A stretch of DNA of 64,000 bases from Octopus vulgaris (taxonomy: Eukaryota). Positions 29,885 through 42,275 of the stretch are shown piece by piece. The DNA is taken from NCBI GenBank assembly GCA_951406725.2, contig OX597823.1, forward strand, positions 83,700,001 to 83,764,000, read 5' to 3'. The position numbers and the translations under genes were made by a program. Every line of letters begins with the position of its first letter. The stretch's first letter is position 1. The notes beneath the pieces were generated by a model. That model was not told where the DNA came from and ran no database searches. It saw only the letters and a program-made list of their open reading frames with translations.

Positions 29885-31147
29885 CGCACACATATATTAG
29901 CCAAGAAGTTACGAGACGTTTATGATGATAAATTCGTGCTTGGTGAAATTTATTGCGAACGCTTTCGGATTTAAAATCCATGATCAGACGTGTTTGCGTT
30001 TTTGTTATAAAATCGATAACCGGGGAACGAGATTAGTACTGTTCAAAGAAACAGTATATATATATATATTTCCATGCATTCAGATCTCACAGGTTGTTCA
30101 GTGTTTGTTATACCAACCTCCTGGTTGATTCTGAATGCAATATGACTGTGCAACTTTAATACCTATTGCATGTTATAAGCAAACTGTAGGGCATGCTTGT
30201 GTTGCTATTTAGCATCAAGCCATCCCTGATCAAATAGACCAATGATTAAAGACTTTCCAATCGTGACTTACCTCATTTGTGTCTGAAATATTACATGTAG
30301 ACGTATGTCGTTTAATATTTGCTCCTTCTGTTTAAGATTGCTGGGTCTTGTTTGAAGGGAACTTAGTTGCTATTTCTAGCAGACGTAACGGTCATGTAGA
30401 GGATCCTGCATTCTGTTATCATTCAATTCAGTTCATTTATATTTTGACCAGCAGATTGAAAACCTATCCATCTAAATGGTTTCGAATATTTTAAATACCC
30501 AAAGCAGCGTCGCATACAGCTATTTCAAATTTTGGCACAAAGCCAGCATATTTATGAGTGGTGTTTGTCAATTACATCAACAGCAGTGCACAATTGGTAC
30601 TATCTAAATTGACGCAGAAAGGACGAAAAATTAAGTCGAACTCAGCAGCATTGGAACTCAGAACGTAAAAACGGAAGAAATGGCGTATGCATCTTTTTCT
30701 CGACGCGCTAACAATTCTTTCAGCTCGTCAAAGCTTCAAAGTCTTCCATTTTTCAAAGTCGCATGTATTCCTTTCTGCTAAAGGCACAAATTTTGAGGGG
30801 TGTGGGGTCTAGTCGATTATATCGACACTAGTATTCAGCTGGTACTATATTTATCGACACCGAAACAATGAAAGGCAAAGTCGACCTTGGTTCAATTTTA
30901 ACACAGGACGAAATGCTGTTAAGCACTTTATCCAGCGTGCTAACGTTTCTCCCAGCTCACTACTTTCTAACGTCGAACCTACTGTTTTCAAATATTGACA
31001 CAAGGCCAGCAAACTTCGGGGGAAATAGCAAGTCGATTACGTCGAACCCCGCATTCAACTGGTACTTATTTTTATTGATTCCGAAAGGATGAAACGCAAA
31101 GTTGACATCGGCGGAATTTGAACTCATAACGTAGTGATGGAAGGAAT

Positions 31148-31456
31148 TGTTGTTGTTTGTTCCTGCTCGAGCCACATCTGGCTCATCAGGGCCGGTTTCC
31201 CGATTTCCTTGGCGTATAGGTTCCCCACCGGGACGGGACGCCGGTCCGTCGCAGGTGAGCTGCAAGGTGCAAGTGGAAAGAGTGAGAGAAAGTTGTGGCG
31301 AAAGAGTTAGCAGAAGTTCACCATTACCTTCTGCTGGAGTCGCGTGGAACTTGGGTGTTTCGTTCATAAACACACACATCACCCGGTCTGAGATTCGAAC
31401 CTGTGAGCCCTCAACCGCGAGTCCGCTGCTCTAACCACTAGGCCATATGCCTCCAC
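31148..31456 (-). mobile_element. tRNA-derived SINE (Meta/V-like central motif) with 12-bp TSD, nested in a Nin-type SINE
   Basis: On the minus strand: A box TGGCCTAGTGG, B box GGTTCGAATCT, central CCTGCGACGGACCGGCGTCCCGTCC, (AAC)n tail. TSD GATGGAAGGAAT at 31136-31147 and 31457-31468. Confidence 0.88.
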
Positions 31457-32899
31457 GATGGAAGGAATACTGCTAAATAATTTTCTCGGCGTACTTGCGA
31501 TTCTGCCCGCTAACCGCCTTCTAACGTTGCATACAATAGTTTCAAATTTTTGCACAAGGCCAGCAATTTCGAGAGAAGATATAAGCCGATTACATTGACC
31601 TCAGTCTTCAACTGGTGCTTATTTTATCGACCCCTAAAGGGATGAAACTGTATGTCAACCTCGGTAGAATTTGAATTCAGAACAGAATGCTGTTAGGTAA
31701 TTTGTCCGGTGTGGCAACAATTCTGCCAGCTCACCGCTTTTCTTTTCTTTTCTTTTCTAGGCACAAGTCCCGAAATTTGTGGGGAAGGGGCCAGTCGATT
31801 AGATCGACCGCAGTACGCAACTGGTACTTAATTTATCGACCCCGAAAGGATGAAAGGTAAAGTCAACCTCGACGGAATTTGAACTCAGAACGTAAACACA
31901 GACTAAATACTGCTAAGCATTTCGCCCGGCGTTCCAACTATTCTTATTTCTTTATTGCCCACATGGGGCTAAACATAGAGGGGACAAACATGGACAGACA
32001 AAGGTATTAAGTCGATTACATCGACCCCAGGGCGTAACTGATGCTTAACTTATCGACCCCGAAAGGATGAAAGGCGGAATTTGAACTCAGAACGTAAACA
32101 CAGACGAAATAGCGCTAAGCACTTCGCCTGGCGTTGCAAAAATTCTGCCGGCTCACCGTTTTTCAATGTCTCATATAATACCAGCAAATATTTAATTCAA
32201 ATAACGAAACACATAAATACAGAAATAAATAAATGAAGGAAACTTTGGAAATGACTTTGCATTCCTTCTTTGCTCATTACAGAAGATAAGTAGTTTCGAG
32301 AAGTTACTGCTGTAAATTTAGAATTGCTAAAGAAGAAAATAATGCAACTGCTCATATAGATATTAGTTTTCTTCGCATTTCTTTTTACTATTTATAATAG
32401 GATTACGATTGAAGTTGTATAGAAACTACAGAAGAGGATTGAAAGACTGTATTACGTTATTTAATTAAGTTTAATTAAGTCTATTTCGATTCCGACTTTA
32501 CATCTCACAAGCGGTAATGTTGTCGTTCATTTCTCTGAGGTCCAGAAAATAAGTTTAGAATAATGCGCAATGGACTGATTCAATTGCTGGAATTAAAGGC
32601 AATTAGAATAATAAAAAATAAAAATAAAGAAGGCAGATAAAAATGCGTCTATAAAAGGAAATTATTTTTTTAAATAAAAAGATATAAGACAAAAGTTAGT
32701 TTTACACTTTTATCTGTTTCAGTCATTGGATCGTAGCCGTGCTGGAGCACCGCATTGATGGTTCTTCTGGATAAAATCGACAACTGTACATTGCTTAAAG
32801 CCTGGTGTTTATTCTGTCTGTCATGTTGAATGGAAAGGCCTGGTTACAGGGCAGAAAGAAAACAACACCAGTTGCCAAGTGATAGGGAGACGAACACAA

Positions 32900-33300
32900 A
32901 AGGCGGCGAGCTGGCAGAAATGCTTTGTGGTATTTCGTCTGCCGCTACGTTTTGAATTCAAATTCCGCCGAGGTCGACTTTGCCTTTCATTCTTTCGGGG
33001 TCGATTAAATAAGTACCAGTTACGCACTGGGGTCGATATACTCGACCTAATCCGTTTGTCCTTCCCTTTCTTTTTTGTCCTCTCTGTGTTTAGCCCCTTG
33101 TGGGTAGTAAAGAAATAGGTATTTCGTCTACCGCTACGTTCTGAGTTCAAATTCGGCCGAGGTCGACTTTGCCTTTCATCCTTTCGTGGTCGATTAAATA
33201 AGTGCCCATTAGGCACTGGGATCGACGTATTTAACTTAATCCATTTGTCTGTCCTTGTTTGTCCCCTCTGTGTTTAGCCCCTTGTGGGTAGTAAAGAAAC
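32900..33300 (+). mobile_element. Nin/Deu-domain tRNA SINE, dimer (plus strand)
   Basis: GGCGGCGAGCTGGCAGAAA head; two cores, each ending CCCCTTGTGGGTAGTAAAGAAA. Confidence 0.85.
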
Positions 33301-34653
33301 ATGTATACGAACACAATAGCACACACGCACTACTCTGGTGCAAGCCTCGGTTTTGGGAGAGTGATCAGCGGATTATTCGACCCCAGGATATGTACCCTCA
33401 TCGTTCTAGATACCTCCCCCACCACTATATGAGAAAACATATCTAGCAGGTCATATATTGGAATATCTCTGATCAACAAGGACCGATCACGTACTAAGCA
33501 CTAAAGTCAGTTTCAAATGTTGGCACAAGGCCAGAAATTTAGTGGAGTGGGTAAGACGATTATAGCGACTCCAGTGCTCAACAGCTACCTATTTTATCAA
33601 CCGTGAAAGGGATGGAAGTCAAAGTCGACCTCGACGGAGTTTGAACTCAGATCGTAAAAATGAACGAAATGCCACTGAGCATTTTTTCGCGTGCTAACAA
33701 TCATACCAGCTCACCGCCTTAATGTTAAACACTAACCACAACATCGACAACAGAACTGAATTGATTAACCACCGAAAAAAAGGCCTTCTCTGTGTGCAGC
33801 AGTATTGCTAGAAATAACAGGTAAATCTCCTTCGAACCGGATCCTACCGCTTTTCTCTGGTACTTACAAGAAACAAAGAATATAGAAAGACTGTAGGTAA
33901 TCTGGACCATTGCAGGTAATAAAATTTCTTAGAAGTTTTAGGATTACGTTATCCATAATTGTTCCATAAGCTTAGGGATGATCAAAATTGCAACGTCAGC
34001 TTCGGTGGCATTGGAACCCAGAACGTAAGGAATCGCAGTCTTAATTCTACATGATAATTTGTATGGCATTCAATAGATTTAGCCAATACGCCGCCCTCAT
34101 TTTAACAGATAACAATATGAATGAAATGGCCTAGACATATCGGACAAGGGTCAACGTTATGACCTTGCAGGGAGTTTATCTGTTATGTAAACTCGCAGGG
34201 GGCTTATCTATTGTTCTACAATACGTGCATTATCTTCAAAATAACAACAAACCTTATATAAACATAGTATTTTGTTTGAAATGATAATTCGATGTTAATA
34301 TTGGTTTCAGGTATTTGACACAAATTCAGAAATTTCGGGGAAATGGGTAAGTCGATTACATTGACCCCATTGGTCAACTGTTTTATCAACCCCGAAAGAT
34401 GAAAGGCAAAGTGGTCTTCGGCGGAATTCGAGCTCAAGAACGTAGTGACGGATGAAATGCCATAAAGCATTTTTCCCGGTGTGCTAACGATTCTTATTTC
34501 TTTATTGCTCACAAGCAGCTAAACATAGAGGGGACAAACAAGGATAGACAAAGGGATTAGGTCGATTACATCGATACCAGTGCGTAACTGGTACTTAATG
34601 TATCGACCCCAAAAAGATGAAAGGCGAAGTCGACCTCGGTGGACAAAATACCC

Positions 34654-36283
34654 ATTTCTTTATTGCCCACCAGGGGCCAACATAGAAGGTACGTGCACAA
34701 TATCGGGGAACTAAAATTATAAAAAGGAGGCATAAAGAAAGAAGCAAAATTAAAAGAAACGAATGAATCATGAAAAAGATGATATAATGAGGCGGAATGC
34801 CCACTCGATCCCCGAAGTCGAGTGGTTACATTGAAACCGTTTTAGCGTTCAGTCACACTTATCTTAGGGATGATCCTAATCCAGCAGTTCAATACCGTAG
34901 TAAATTTTTTAGTTCGATATAACAGGTCTGTTTTGGCAATTGCTCTCTTTCTCCGATCACCTTCCACAACTTAATACACGTATACTTTTTTACTATCTCC
35001 ATTTGTGCCTTATTCAACAATTGGCATATAATAGGATCACCATCTACATCGAAGAATTCCACTTCAACCGCATCCTTCCCCTCGCTCACCAGGTTTACAA
35101 CGTCATCCTCCGCGTCCGCATACAAAACACAAGCAAAACGAACAGGGGAAGAAGGGAGCCATATCTACATCATGTGTATTTCTTTTCTGTTTTGTTGTTG
35201 GAGGGGAATGGGTAGGTTTGGTGTCTGCAGGGGGAGGGTGTGGTGAAAATGGAGAGGGAGGGCACTGGGTTCACAAGTACTTACTTCCTTTTTTTTCTTT
35301 TTTTCCTTTTCCCGGCTATTTCCCATTTCCTATCTTCTAATACTGGAGTTTCTCTTTCTACTCCTTTATCCCCTCCTGTGGTGGTGGATTCTACCATTTT
35401 GGGTGGTGGAGGGCAGTTCACTCTTATGTGGACTTTCTGGCCACATTTAAAACAACGAGGAATCCTGCCCTCCACCCACACTTTCAGGATCAAATCCCCA
35501 ATCTACATTTTCTCGGGAAGCACTTCGAGGACTTCCACCTCAGCTTGGACGGTAATTTCGATGATTTGTCCCTTCCATGTTGCTCCTTCCATCACTTCCG
35601 CTTGAATTACCTTCACCTCTTTTTCTCTTTCAATAAAGAGAGCCGCCACCACCCAAGCCGTATTGATTTCAGGAGGAATCCCTTCCACTTTGATTTTGGC
35701 ATATCCTCTTGCCCACATAAAACGGCAAGAGGACCACCTTTTCTGTTTTTAACACTTTGGCAGCGTGGGCGGTCACTCTTTCCTCTGTTTTATAATGAAA
35801 GATAATCGTCCTGAACATGCTTCTTTTGGCAAGGTAGGTAATATCTGGCCAGACTGTCATCAGCGCCTTGTCTATCTCTTTCTCCTCCATGTGGTCGACT
35901 CCCTTTTTCTCAACTGAGTAAACTTTGTACGTTACCATCTTCTTTTGGATTTCCTCCATCCTTTTCTGCGGTGGGAACAACCTCACGTCGTTCCCCACTT
36001 TAACAGTCATTCTACTGTCTCTTTCCATATTTGCCAGGTTTATTTGCTTCCTTCTCATCTCGGTTGCCTCTGCCAAACTTTTCTTTTCCAGACATGCGTC
36101 CAACATCTTTACTGCCTTAACCAGTTCTTCCTTCGAAGAGGACAACTCTGTTTCGCTTAGGTCCTAATATACACGAGTTCCACCTGCCATCTCTCATTAC
36201 TACCGACAGACGGCACAACAACTCAAAAACCGCTGCAAACGCAGCACAAAGAACAACAAAATCAATCAATAATACACAATATA
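34654..36283 (-). mobile_element. ORF1-only Tx1/L1-like non-LTR element (decayed) within a SINE array
   Basis: Broken gag-like ORF from ATG 36190 (pieces 35669-36145, 35503-35718, 35281-35493) with zinc knuckle CFKCGQKVHIRVNC (CX2CX4HX4C) preceded by VWVEGR and followed by a basic tail. 3' end ...GGCCCCTGGTGGGCAATAAAGAAAT. No endonuclease or RT recognisable. Confidence 0.72.
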
Positions 36284-36289
36284 TATTTT

Positions 36290-37127
36290 TTTACTACCTA
36301 CAAGGGGCTTAGCACACAGAGGACAAACAAGGACAGACTAACGGATTAAGTCGATTATAACGACCCCAGTGCGTAACTGGTACTTATTTAATCGACCCCG
36401 AAAGGATGAAAGGCAAAGTCGACCTCGGCGGAATTTGAACTCAGAATGTGGCGGCAGACGAAATACCGTAAAGCATTTTGCCCGGCGTGCTAATGATTCT
36501 GCCAGTTCGCTGCCTTAGTAACAATAATAATAATTCAATAGGAGGTCAAGAGGGATCCCCATCCCCAACCAAAGAAAAAATAACACAAGGTATCGTAGCG
36601 CTGCTTAATCTCAATCAGGTTTGACCTGTTGTTAAAAACAATCCTTCACCCAGATTATGATCTAAAAATAATTCCGAACTTCAAGTTGTTTACATAATAA
36701 TCAAGTCTAGAGTTTCTTATTTTTTTATTGCCCACAAGGGGCTAAACATAGAGGGAACAAACAAAGACAGACAAACGGATTAAGTCGATTACATCGACCC
36801 CAGTTCGTAACTGGTACTTATTTAATCGACTCCGAAAGGATTAAAGGCAAAGTCGACCTCGGCAGAATTTGAACTCAGAACGTAGCGGCAGACGAAATAC
36901 CGCTAAATATTTTGCCCGGCGTGCTAATGATTCTGCCAGCTCGCTGCCTTAGTAATAATAATAATAATTCTTGAATGGGAGGTCAAGTGGGATCCCCGTC
37001 CCCAACCAAAGAAAAAAATCTCAATGAGGTTTGACCTGTTGTTAAAAACAATCCTTCACCCAGAATATGATCTAAATATAATTCCCAGCTTCAAGTTGCT
37101 TATATAATAATCAAGTTTAGAATTTCT
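36290..37127. repeat. ~430-bp tandem duplication of a SINE plus ~200 bp unique flank
   Basis: 36515-36716 matches 36948-37127 (CCTTAGTAA...TCAAGT.TAGA.TTTCT); each is preceded by a Nin-SINE copy. Confidence 0.85.
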
Positions 37128-37648
37128 ATTATTAAGGAACAATCAGAATGGGGGCGGGGTAAACGAAGATAAAGGAGTATGATCGTGAAAACAATGGAAA
37201 GTAAATAAATCTTCAAAATATTTTGATAAGTCGATGTTTACTTGTATGTTTTCTATCAAAAATATATGTCAGATGCACTTGAACTTCAAGTTTTGATTTT
37301 ATTTTGGGATGTATAGCAAAAACATACCTTAAATAGATATACATATTTATATGTGTGTGTATGAATATATATATATTATTCTTTTACTTGTTTAAGTCAT
37401 TTGACTGCGGCCATGCTGGAGCACCGCCTTTAGCGAAACAAATCAACCCACCACCAATACGCTTGATTCTTATTCTATCGGTCACTTTTTCCGAACCGCT
37501 AGATAACGTTTTGTAAACACTCCAACATCGCTTGTCAAGCGATGGTGGAGGAGAAACATAGACACACAAGCACAAAAACTCACACAATAACACACACACA
37601 CACACTCATATATATATATATATATATACACATACATACATACATACA

Positions 37649-37682
<34 letters not shown>

Positions 37683-38017
37683 CATAAAATTAAGATGGTC
37701 TTCTTTCAGTTTCTATCTATGAAATCCACTCACAAGGATTTGGTTGGTCCGACGCTACAGTAGAAGATACTTGCCCAAGGTACCACACAGCGGGAATGAA
37801 CCCGAAGCCGTGTGGTTAGAAAGTAAGCTTTTTACCACGCAACCACTCGTTTATATATTACTTGTTTCAATCATTACACTGCGGCCATGCTGGGGCAGTG
37901 CCTTAAAAGGCTTTTATAGGAATGCATCAACCCCAGCATTTATTTTCTCTTTGAAGGTCAGGTACTATCTGCAGACGTATACACACACACATATATATAT
38001 ATATGTATAAATATGTA

Positions 38018-38131
<114 letters not shown>

Positions 38132-38429
38132 TATATATTGGCAGGGCTTACTGCTAGGGAGTCGGCCGTATACTAGAAATAGACCATCAACGGTCAAACT
38201 ACAAGGAAATTCTCTAGAGGAAAAATACAGCGAACACCAGAACCAACTTTGGCGGGCATGACAGATGAAAATTTATATAAAAAACAGCCTGCCAATATAC
38301 ACATATATTAGAATTTTCTCTGACTCCTCAGATTTTTGTATGCTGGACTACCGGTTTTAAATTGATATTAAAATTAATATTAATTTATCTCCCTCATTAT
38401 TTAAATATATATATATATATATATATTTG

Positions 38430-38466
<37 letters not shown>

Positions 38467-38470
<4 letters not shown>

Positions 38471-38770
38471 CAACAATTGAGGGTAAAATTAATTAATTAT
38501 TAATCAATTTCACCAAGTGTTCAGTATGCAAAGGGACCATTTAAGGCAAATTCAAATTATTACATTATATAAAAGGGCTTAGTAAAATAAATTACTTTGC
38601 CGCATACTGAACTCATTAGAAATAGTTCAGTATGCGGCAAAGTAATTTATTTTACTAAGCCCTTTTATATAATGTAATAATTTGAATTTGCCTTAAATGG
38701 TCCCTTTGCATACTGAACACTTGGTGAAATTGATTAATAATTAATTAATTTTACCCTCAATTGTTGAAAT
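38467..38770. repeat. Perfect hairpin: 147-bp arms, 10-nt loop
   Basis: 38467-38613 is the reverse complement of 38624-38770; the left arm is an inverted partial copy of the adjacent tandem unit. Confidence 0.95.
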
Positions 38771-40308
38771 TATAATTAATCTCCCTCTAATTAATGCTTC
38801 GGATTTCACCGAAATAAGCATAGCGTTTGATGATTTTAACCCACGCTGGTGGAAAGGGGAGGACAGAAATTCTTCACTTGCTTATTTGGGTTTGTTGGCA
38901 CTGTTAGTTACGAGCGGATCTTCGAAAGGGTATGTTCTTGCTTTCAGTGTTTCCAAATCCAAACCAAGGAGTTTCTGAGCTGAAGATAGAAATGTTGTTT
39001 TGACTAATCTTGAAACGTACGTTCTCAAATAACCTTAGCATTTGATTTTTTAATGTCCTTACCCTCAAACTTTTGTGAGTTGAATTAAGCAAACACTATA
39101 TATGAGAGAGATTTTCTTTAAGTATTAGAAATAGCTTTAAAAAAGTTTTTTAGCTGCTATTTCTAATGAGTTCAGTATGCGGCAAAGTAATTTATTTTAC
39201 TAAGCCCTTTTATATAATGTAATAATTTGAATTTGCCTTAAATGGTCCCTTTGCATACTGAACACTTGGTGAAATTGATTAATAATTAATTAATTTTACC
39301 CTCAATTGTTGAAATTATAATTAATCTCCCTCTAATTAATGCTTCGGATTTCACCGAAATAAGCATAGCGTTTGATGATTTTAACCCACGCTGGTGGAAA
39401 GGGGAGGACAGAAATTCTTCACTTGCTTATTTGGGTTTGTTGGCACTGTTAGTTACGAGCGGATCTTCGAAAGGGTATGTTCTTGCTTTCAGTGTTTCCA
39501 AATCCAAACCAAGGAGTTTCTGAGCTGAAGATAGAAATGTTGTTTTGACTAATCTTGAAACGTACGTTCTCAAATAACCTTAGCATTTGATTTTTTAATG
39601 TCCTTACCCTCAAACTTTTGTGAGTTGAATTAAGCAAACACTATATATGAGAGAGATTTTCTTTAAGTATTAGAAATAGCTTTAAAAAAGTTTTTTAGCT
39701 GCTATTTCTAATGAGTTCAGTATGCGGCAAAGTAATTTATTTTACTAAGCCCTTTTATATAATGTAATAATTTGAATTTGCCTTAAATGGTCCCTTTGCA
39801 TACTGAACACTTGGTGAAATTGATTAATAATTAATTAATTTTACCCTCAATTGTTGAAATTATAATTAATCTCCCTCTAATTAATGCTTCGGATTTCACC
39901 GAAATAAGCATAGCGTTTGATGATTTTAACCCACGCTGGTGGAAAGGGGAGGACAGAAATTCTTCACTTGCTTATTTGGGTTTGTTGGCACTGTTAGTTA
40001 CGAGCGGATCTTCGAAAGGGTATGTTCTTGCTTTCAGTGTTTCCAAATCCAAACCAAGGAGTTTCTGAGCTGAAGATAGAAATGTTGTTTTGACTAATCT
40101 TGAAACGTACGTTCTCAAATAACCTTAGCATTTGATTTTTTAATGTCCTTACCCTCAAACTTTTGTGAGTTGAATTAAGCAAACACTATATATGAGAGAG
40201 ATTTTCTTTAAGTATTAGAAATAGCTTTAAAAAAGTTTTTTAGCTGCTATTTCTAATGAGTTCAGTATGCGGCAAAGTAATTTATTTTACTAAGCCCTTT
40301 TATATAAT
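38624..40308 (+). mobile_element. Tandem array of ~3.1 apparently identical 545-bp units, each with a hammerhead-like motif (Penelope pLTR/retrozyme-like)
   Basis: Units start at 38624, 39169, 39714, 40259. Each has tgag-CTGAAGA-t-aga...tct-t-GAAAC(gtac)GTT-ctca (38976-39027, 39521-39572, 40066-40117) and an ATTAGAAATAGC/GCTATTTCTAAT hairpin. The array with its inverted arm is bounded by (TA)n. Confidence 0.8.
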
Positions 40309-40821
40309 ATATACATATATATATATATACATATGTGTGTGTGTATGTGTGAGAAAGCGTTTGTTTTAACGGCTAGACATTCGGCTTGCGATCGTGAGTT
40401 CGATTCCCGGCGACGTGTTGTGTCCTTGAGCAAGACACTTTGTTCATTATCCGGGCTGCATTCTTTTTGTCAGTTTGTTTGTGCGCATGTGTGTGCGTCA
40501 GTGTGCCTGTGTATGCAAATATGTAGGTATGTATGTATGCGTGTATGCGTATACATATGTATGCGTGTGAGTACGTCTGTATGATGTATATATTCTGTAT
40601 AATTTGTTTGTGTGTTAGTATGTGTATGTGTTTGTATGTGTGTATGTGCGTGTATGTTCATGTGTTTCTGTCTTCATTTGTGTATGTACGTGTGTATGTG
40701 TGTATGTCTGTCCATATTACCAATGAATCTGTTTATGTATTTATCTATGTTTACTTACATATCCATCTACCTACCTATATACATACATACATACAGACAG
40801 ACATATATATGTATATATGTA

Positions 40822-41503
40822 TATTACTTAAACTTTCCTCAAATGGGGCTTTTACATGCCGAAATCTACTTGGTGAAATTAATGATTATTCCAAATTAAT
40901 TAATTTCACCCTATATTATTACTGATAACCATATTTCATCCCAGTAAATGACCACAACATCTTGTCTTGGCTGCACGCTGGTGGGAGGGGGTTGGTGACA
41001 CAAACTTTCATTCACACTTTGAATTTGGTGATACTGGTAACGGCTTTAGCTCGCTCTGATACTGAGTTGAGATGATGTCTTCTAGTACCTTGAAATTTAA
41101 TATACAATTATTCATAATTGTAGTGTCCTACGCTGATGAGAAAAGAAGTTGGATAAGACATAATTATCTAATTCTTATGCTTTTCTAAAACTTAATTTCG
41201 AAACGTACGTCCGTAGGTAACTTAATATTGTATGATCGATTGTCGTCATTTCTTTCTCTCTTGCCTGTCTGTGTTTGCCTTTCAAGTGCTGTGGTTTTAC
41301 TGAGATCTCCTTTTAGTAGAAAGAATAGCTATAACTCTTTGACTGCTATTTCTAAATTCGGTGTGTGGTGAGGCAAACCGTTGCTAAACCCTTAATTACT
41401 TAGTATTACTTAAACTTTCCTCAAATGGGGCTTTTATATACCGAAATCTACTTGGTGAAATTAATGATTATTCCAAATTAATTAATTTCACCCTATATTA
41501 TTA

Positions 41504-41506
<3 letters not shown>
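40822..41506 (+). mobile_element. 582-bp unit with ~103-bp terminal direct repeat, related to the 545-bp family
   Basis: 40822-40924 is repeated at 41404-41506. Shares ACTTGGTGAAATT, CACGCTGGTGG and GCTATTTCTAA blocks with the 545-bp unit; contains a hammerhead; flanked by microsatellites. Confidence 0.8.
41127..41217 (+). ncRNA. Type I hammerhead ribozyme with extended stem II
   Basis: cctacg-CTGATGA-gaaa[52-nt insert containing an AAGAAGTTGGATAA/TTATCTAATTCTT hairpin]tttc-GAAAC(gtac)GTC-cgtagg; intact core, 6-bp stem I. Confidence 0.85.
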
Positions 41507-41552
<46 letters not shown>

Positions 41553-41599
41553 ACAGCCTACTAACAATTCTACCAGTGAATATATAAGCTGTGGGTATT

Positions 41600-42275
41600 G
41601 GGGTATGCCTACCTTCTACGTATATTTCCTATTTAGTACTGGGAATATTTCATTTATGAATACGTACTCCTGTATTTGCTTGAGTATTGGGGCCTTCGGG
41701 TGCCTGGATATTCCTCCATGTTGCTCTTTGGCATATTGGTAGAGTATCGTTGACTGTTTTTTGTCGTCATATTGTCTCAAATGTCCATTTAGTCTTTCCG
41801 CACAGCTTCAGGATGTCTCACCTATCAATATCATGTTCTTGTCTTTATAAGCACCCTCTATGCACTTGATGCTGTAGACTACATGTCTAGCTCTACAGTT
41901 AATGCCAAGATTAATCTTACATACCATGTGGTTATCTTTGGTACATGTGGTATTCTCAAAGGGGTATGTCCTACATAGTTGTGATCTGATAGAGCTCCCT
42001 GACATTTCAACGATCTTAATGTTGAGTTTTGCATCCTTCAGAGCTTTCCTATATATTCGGGCTAGTCCTCAATTTTTCAGTCTTGTAACATGTGTTCTCC
42101 TTGTTTGCTTTGTCACAAACGCTTTGTATCTTATTCGTCTTTACTTCTGTATCAAGAGCAGTTGCCACTGGCTTCATTACATATAAAGCTAGCTAACTTC
42201 TTTTTAGCTCCACTGTATACTGGAACCTTATATTTCCGGTCATATCCAGATATTTGAATGCGATGCATGAAGTGA
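41600..42275 (-). pseudogene. Penelope-like element RT-thumb/linker/GIY-YIG endonuclease relic
   Basis: Minus strand: FMHRIQISGYDRKYK ... LARIYRKALKDAKLNIKIVEMSGSSIRSQLCRTYPF..C...C...C RARHVVYSIKC...LIGETS*SCAERLNGH. This matches the PLE VVYxIxC...YIGET.R...R..EH motif with a Cys-rich linker. Confidence 0.85.

Noticed and set aside
31158-31200. CTGATGAGCC...GGCTCGA on the minus strand as a hammerhead
   Set aside because: No GAAA after stem II and no NUH/stem I; it is the SINE's 3' stem-loop.
31380-31456. tRNA gene
   Set aside because: A and B boxes are present but continue into a SINE body with tail and TSD; no complete cloverleaf.
38904-40182. Three identical 62-aa ORFs
   Set aside because: A by-product of the 545-bp tandem unit; non-ATG start, no domain, antisense to the ribozyme.
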